Shown piece by piece: positions 48,606 to 53,093 of a stretch of DNA of 53,093 nucleotides (its first letter is position 1; each line of letters opens with the position of its first letter). This DNA comes from an uncultured Staphylococcaceae bacterium (GTDB lineage Bacteria; Bacillota_I; Bacilli_A; RFN20; CAG-826). The notes below the pieces were generated by a model. The model worked only from the letters and a program-made list of their open reading frames with translations. It was not told the origin of the DNA and searched no databases. Position numbers and translations under genes: made by a program. The DNA lies in the NCBI GenBank assembly GCA_964480275.1, contig CAYZOC010000002.1, positions 1 through 53,093 on the forward strand, given 5' to 3'.

Positions 48606-49406
48606 ATGATAGACTATGCAAAAAAAATAAAAATTGTTGTCACTGACATTGATGGCACACTACTTTCACATACAAAGGGAAAAATACCTGAAAGTGCAAT
48701 AAAAGCTTTTAAAGAACTTCAACGTAATGGTGTGATGGTCTTTTTAGCATCTGGTCGTAACTATTATTTAATGCGGCGCTCTGGCGTTTTAAATTATGTT
48801 AAACCTGATGGTTTTATTACAATGAATGGCGCTAATGTTATCATCGATGGCAAAGTGATTTATCGTTATCCAATCCCGGCAAAAGATGTTGATGCATTGG
48901 TGAAGTTTGCTAAACGTCTACGCTTTGGTCTCACCCTAATTGAAGAAAATGAAGGTCATATTAATATTATTGATGAGCGCGTTATTTCGGCTCATGAAAA
49001 ATTTGGCACCAGGTTCCCTCAACCACGTTCATATCCAGATCATTACGACCGTGTTGTCTACCAGGCGATAGCTTTTTGTGATAGTTTTGATGAATCACTT
49101 TTTCTCCCGCACCTTGCGGATTGTAAAAGCGCGCGCTGGGATGAGTATGCTGTTGATGTAATGCCCAAAGATAGTGATAAATCCAAGGGTATTCTTGCAA
49201 TGCTTGAACACTATAAACTGCAACCTGAAAATATTCTTGCACTAGGGGATGGTCTTAATGATCGCGAGATGATTAACTTTGCAGGTATTGGTGTTGCCAT
49301 GGGTAATGCCCATGAAGATTTGAAAAAAGAGGCAGATTATATTACTGAAGATATTGATAATGATGGCTGGGCTAAAGCTCTTCGCCACTTTCACCTTATC
49401 GACTAA
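48606..49406 (+). CDS. Cof-type HAD-IIB phosphatase
   Basis: VVTDIDGTLL, ASGR, and GDGLNDREMINFAGIGVAMGNA.EDLK..ADYIT are Cof/YbiV-type motifs. AGGGGGA SD. Confidence 0.85.
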   Translation: MIDYAKKIKIVVTDIDGTLLSHTKGKIPESAIKAFKELQRNGVMVFLASGRNYYLMRRSGVLNYVKPDGFITMNGANVIIDGKVIYRYPIPAKDVDALVKFAKRLRFGLTLIEENEGHINIIDERVISAHEKFGTRFPQPRSYPDHYDRVVYQAIAFCDSFDESLFLPHLADCKSARWDEYAVDVMPKDSDKSKGILAMLEHYKLQPENILALGDGLNDREMINFAGIGVAMGNAHEDLKKEADYITEDIDNDGWAKALRHFHLID

Positions 49407-49417
49407 GGAGTTTTATT

Positions 49418-50143
49418 GTGATTGAAATAAAAAATGTAAGCAAAATATATGGCAAGGATTTTAAAGCCGTCGATAATTTAAATTTAACTGTTGAAAATGG
49501 TGAAATATTTGGGTTTTTAGGTCCAAATGGCGCGGGAAAAACCACAACAATTAAAATGATTACTGGCATCACTGACATTACTGATGGTGATATTGTCGTT
49601 GATAATTTTTCAATTATTAGTAATCATGTTGTCGCTAAAAGTAATATTGGTTTTGTTCCTGATGATCCTAATGTGCTTTTACGCCTTAGTGGAATTGAAT
49701 ATCTAAACTTTATCGCATCTGTTTATGGTGTAAATCAAACAATCGCCAAAGAACGTATTGATAAGTATGCAAAGATGTTTGCCCTCGAGGGTGATCTTCA
49801 AGATAAAATACAATCATTTTCTCATGGTATGAGGCAAAAACTACTAGTGATTGGCGTTTTGCTCCATCAACCAAGCAACCTCATCCTTGATGAACCAATG
49901 ACAGGCCTAGATCCTAAATCGTCATACAACCTAAAACAAATAATGCGCGAGTATGCAGATGAAGGTCACACTGTTCTTTTTTCCACTCATGTTCTTGAGG
50001 TTGCTGAAAAAGTATGTGACCGTATCGGTGTCATTAGCAAAGGTAAGCTAATATTCGTTGGCACAGTCGAACAATTAAGAGCACAAACAAAGAGCGAACA
50101 ATCACTGGAAGAGCTGTTTTTGGAGCTGACCGATCATGAATAA
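49418..50143 (+). CDS. ABC transporter ATP-binding protein
   Basis: GTG start with AGGAG 8 nt upstream. Walker A GPNGAGKTT, signature FSHGMRQK, and Walker B LILDEP are present. Confidence 0.9.
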   Translation: MIEIKNVSKIYGKDFKAVDNLNLTVENGEIFGFLGPNGAGKTTTIKMITGITDITDGDIVVDNFSIISNHVVAKSNIGFVPDDPNVLLRLSGIEYLNFIASVYGVNQTIAKERIDKYAKMFALEGDLQDKIQSFSHGMRQKLLVIGVLLHQPSNLILDEPMTGLDPKSSYNLKQIMREYADEGHTVLFSTHVLEVAEKVCDRIGVISKGKLIFVGTVEQLRAQTKSEQSLEELFLELTDHE

Positions 50144-51818
50144 AGTTTTGTCTTTATCGAAAGCAATCCTTAAAAGTTCATCTAATATCTTCTTCGTTAG
50201 CAAAAAGGGGAAACGACAAAACAAAAAGTCTCGAGCAATCGCTGCCTTTATTGGCTTAGGCTTCATTTATGCCTATGTTGCTGGCCTTACCGGCTTTATG
50301 TCATACTCAATATCGGCTCCACTAAATGCAACTAATGAGGGTATTCTTTTAAGCCCTATTCTTACGCTTCTTCTCGTATCAATTTGTCTGTTTTTTGGCC
50401 TATTTACGATGTTATCGATGTTTTTTACAGCGTCTGATAATCATCTTTGGCTTCCTTTACCGTTAAAAATACGAGAAATATTTACTGCCAGATTCATAAC
50501 CAATATTTTCTTTTTATTAATTATTGAAATGATGTTTATCGTGCCCGCATTTGTTGGGTTTAATATTGCAATCGGACCTGGAATTTTAAGTTACTTTGGT
50601 CAATTGGTTTTAATAATCGCGATCCCTATTTTGGTCATCTCCCTATCCTTCATCCTAATCCTCGGTTTAAGCCGCCTAATAAACATTCAAAAATATCGCA
50701 AAACTTTCCAAGTCATTAGCGCAGTGATGATATTTGTTTTTGCATTTGGTATTTCCTTTATTTCGTCATCAGGTGGTCAAATAATCGGTGATTCGGTTGA
50801 AGATATCGATCTAATTGTTCAAGCGCTCAGGCTTTTAAGTAGTGAACTTGGCTGGATGAGATTCTTGACCTTCTTTACTGATGGTGTCTTTGCTAACCTT
50901 GGTTATCAATCAATTGTTTTCCCCCTAATTCTCTTAACGATTGCCGTTGCTACTTTTTTTATAGCCTATTTTCTTTCCGATAAGTTTTACCACGCTAGCC
51001 TATATTCTAGTGATATTAGTAAAAAGAGGGGCAAAACAAACAAGGGGAAAAATAAAATAAAAGTTTCATCTCCCTTGATTGCCTTTTTTAAAAACGAAGT
51101 TAGAACCGTTTTCCGCTCACCAACATACTTCTTTAATCTTGTCGCGCCAATCATCATTGTTCTGATTATTATGGCTGGTTCGGTCGCAATTACACTTACT
51201 GAATCAGAGGGTCCCGAAGTTGATATAAATACAATTGTTTCCACGCTTTTTGTTGGCAGTAATGGGTCTTTATTCATTATAGTCACTGGCGTTTTATCAT
51301 TTTTCTTAATGATGAACATGGTCAGTGCAACCTCTATTACACGTGAAGGCAATAATGCTCAATTATTGAAAATTTATCCCATTGCTACTCGTAAAATAAT
51401 ATATGGGAAAATGCTCCTTGGGCTATTGATTAATTTTGTAGTTTATACCCCTGTCATCATTACTTTAGCAATTATTGGTGGGGGTAACTTCTTACTAGTT
51501 CTTGCTTATATCATTATGGTTACACTCGTTAATATCGCAATGAACTACTCCTCAATTCTTTTAGATTCACGCTTCCCAATGCTTAATTGGAGCAATGAAA
51601 TCGAAGCGGCCAAAAACAATAAAAATATCCTAATTTCGATGGGAGTTAATCTTCTAATAAATGGTCTAGTTTTTCTTCCGCTTATTCCTGTAGAATTATT
51701 AAAACTACCAATATGGTTAGCGTTTATCATCAGCGCTAGTTTGTTTAGTGTTATAATCTTATTGTTCGAGTTGATCGTAAAAAAACAACGCGGTCAATTA
51801 TTTAAAAAAATTCAATAA
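50136..51818 (+). CDS. Large polytopic permease partner of the ABC ATPase (putative ABC exporter/ABC-2-like)
   Basis: 560 aa, ~12 TM in two bundles separated by a basic loop (KKRGKTNKGKNK). It overlaps the ATPase gene by 8 nt. Confidence 0.65.
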   Translation: MNKVLSLSKAILKSSSNIFFVSKKGKRQNKKSRAIAAFIGLGFIYAYVAGLTGFMSYSISAPLNATNEGILLSPILTLLLVSICLFFGLFTMLSMFFTASDNHLWLPLPLKIREIFTARFITNIFFLLIIEMMFIVPAFVGFNIAIGPGILSYFGQLVLIIAIPILVISLSFILILGLSRLINIQKYRKTFQVISAVMIFVFAFGISFISSSGGQIIGDSVEDIDLIVQALRLLSSELGWMRFLTFFTDGVFANLGYQSIVFPLILLTIAVATFFIAYFLSDKFYHASLYSSDISKKRGKTNKGKNKIKVSSPLIAFFKNEVRTVFRSPTYFFNLVAPIIIVLIIMAGSVAITLTESEGPEVDINTIVSTLFVGSNGSLFIIVTGVLSFFLMMNMVSATSITREGNNAQLLKIYPIATRKIIYGKMLLGLLINFVVYTPVIITLAIIGGGNFLLVLAYIIMVTLVNIAMNYSSILLDSRFPMLNWSNEIEAAKNNKNILISMGVNLLINGLVFLPLIPVELLKLPIWLAFIISASLFSVIILLFELIVKKQRGQLFKKIQ

Positions 51819-51828
51819 AGGAGTTGTT

Positions 51829-52155
51829 ATGCACTTTAAACAATTAGAAGATATTAAAATTGAAACAAACATTCGTGGAGTAGATTCGCGAATGATGGTG
51901 GATATCGAGGCTGCGACTATTAAAGAGTTGATGCTAAAAGCAAACGAGCAAATTCCCCCGCATCAAGTTCCGGTTGATGTAACGTTCTTTGTCCTTGAAG
52001 GCGAGGGAACTATTACGATTGGTGAGACTAAATATGATGTTAAACCACACTCAATTGTCACTTGTCCAAAAAATACAGTTATGAGTGTGAAGGCAAAAAA
52101 TAATTATCTTGCATTTATCAATATTAAAACACCAGGTTTTAAACCAACAAAATAA
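51829..52155 (+). CDS. Cupin-domain protein
   Basis: 108 aa. PPHQVPVDVTFFVLEGEGTITIGE...V.......P is a cupin beta-barrel motif pattern. AAGGAG SD. Confidence 0.6.
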   Translation: MHFKQLEDIKIETNIRGVDSRMMVDIEAATIKELMLKANEQIPPHQVPVDVTFFVLEGEGTITIGETKYDVKPHSIVTCPKNTVMSVKAKNNYLAFINIKTPGFKPTK

Positions 52156-52167
52156 TTAGGACAAAAA

Positions 52168-52202
52168 ATAAAAGTGCTAAGTAAGTTTCTTAGCACTTTT
52201 TA
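52168..52202. terminator. Bidirectional rho-independent terminator between cupin and nagB
   Basis: AAAGTGCTAAG (52171-52181), a 7-nt loop, then CTTAGCACTTT (52189-52199). It is flanked by A-rich and T-rich tracts. Confidence 0.82.
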
Positions 52203-52205
52203 TAT

Positions 52206-52928
52206 TTATAGCTGAATAGCCGCTTCTTCATCGAGAATAACAACAACGTTAGGATGCATTTGTAAGGCTGAGGCTGGAACATCGATAGTAATTGGGCCTT
52301 TAATCATCTTTTGAACCGCGTCTGCCTTTGAGGCCCCAGTTGCTAGTAGAATAATTTTCCGACTACGTAAGATTGTTCTGATTCCCATTGTAACTGCACG
52401 CTTAGGAACTTCATCGATATTATTGAAGAAGCGCAAATTATCTTGTCGTGTTCTCTCCGTCAAATCGGTCGCAAATGTTTCATTTTCAAATGGTGATCCC
52501 GGTTCATTGAAACCAATATGTCCGTTACAACCGATGCCAAGAACTTGAATATCAATAATATCTCTTGCTAGTTTTTCATTGTATTTTTTTATATCATCAA
52601 CCACTGTGTGTAGATCATTATTTGGTAGATGTGTATTTTCTTCTTTGATATCAACATGATTAAATAGATTTGTGTGCATGAAAGAAAAATAACTTTCTGG
52701 ATGATTACGATTAATACCCAAGTATTCATCAAGATTGTATGATTTTACGTCTTTAAAAGAAATTTCTTTGCTCTTGTAGGCTTGAATCAACTTTTGATAA
52801 AGGCCAATAGGTGTTGAACCAGTTGCAAGGCCTAAAATTGATTTAGGATTTTTCTTGAGTTGACTGATAATTATTTCACTAGCTTTTTGACTTACTTCAT
52901 CATAATTTTTACAAATGATAATTTGCAT
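52206..52928 (-). CDS. nagB: Glucosamine-6-phosphate deaminase
   Basis: Trimmed to the ATG at 52926-52928 (MQIIICKNYDEVS), with AAGGAAA SD. LGLATGSTP, NLDEY and LGIG.NGHIGFNEP are NagB motifs. Confidence 0.93.
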   Translation of the reverse strand: MQIIICKNYDEVSQKASEIIISQLKKNPKSILGLATGSTPIGLYQKLIQAYKSKEISFKDVKSYNLDEYLGINRNHPESYFSFMHTNLFNHVDIKEENTHLPNNDLHTVVDDIKKYNEKLARDIIDIQVLGIGCNGHIGFNEPGSPFENETFATDLTERTRQDNLRFFNNIDEVPKRAVTMGIRTILRSRKIILLATGASKADAVQKMIKGPITIDVPASALQMHPNVVVILDEEAAIQL

Positions 52929-53093
52929 GATGTTTCCTTTTCTACTCATACCAAAAAATGTCGACTAAACTCTTAAAATTAAATATTAAGTTTGGTAAAA
53001 GTATTCATATTTACTATCATTATTTTAGCACTATTAAACTTAGAAAAAAAAGTAAAATTTGTCAAAACTAAATTTTTTTACTTGTGATATGGT

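Noticed and set aside
52941-52953. TGGTATGAGTAGA upstream of nagB, which loosely resembles half of a NagR/DasR dre operator (TGGTCTAGACCA type).
   Set aside because: Only a partial half-site match, with no clear dyad partner. The window ends 140 nt further on, so the full promoter region cannot be assessed.

Overview
This is a 53-kb, almost fully coding chromosomal segment from a low-GC Bacillota/Mollicutes-like bacterium. GC was judged by eye, not computed. The organism uses the standard genetic code: TGA ends queH, pcrA, rimI, tsaE and others at their expected C-termini.

Layout, left to right:
- S10 ribosomal-protein operon on the minus strand (rpsJ to a truncated rplE), with promoter and structured leader.
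- Queuosine salvage operon queT-tgt-queA-queH behind a preQ1-I-type pseudoknot riboswitch.
- A tightly overlapped pcrA-ligA-gatCAB-folA array.
- A CxxC lipoprotein placed divergently from a three-gene membrane-protein operon of unknown function.
- asnS plus a 54-aa membrane sORF.
- ntdp(DUF402)-tsaE-tsaB-rimI-tsaD.
- A Sel1-repeat and membrane-protein pair.
- A TPP riboswitch with terminator driving an N-terminally extended ThiT-like transporter, then ung.
- A roughly 10-kb convergent Wzx/Wzy-type glycan locus: 2 GT4 genes, a flippase, a TupA-like ATP-grasp enzyme, a lipoprotein, a Wzy-like protein and a GT-D-like protein. Its minus-strand operon also carries tcdA and an alpha/beta hydrolase.
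- An 824-aa CoA-disulfide-reductase/rhodanese/TusA/DsrE fusion.
- A PPi-type phosphofructokinase and glyA.
- A GDPD-MFS-HAD-IIA operon.
- tmRNA (ssrA).
- Several membrane and hypothetical genes, a Cof-type HAD, an ABC exporter pair plus a cupin, and nagB.

I saw no rRNA, tRNA, CRISPR, IS/transposase, integrase or phage genes, and no recognisable defence-type genes.

The best candidates for something new are the incomplete-looking glycan locus, the translationally coupled membrane-protein operon at 18.3-20.3 kb, and the four-domain persulfide-type oxidoreductase. All functional calls rest on motif recognition by eye; no searches were run.
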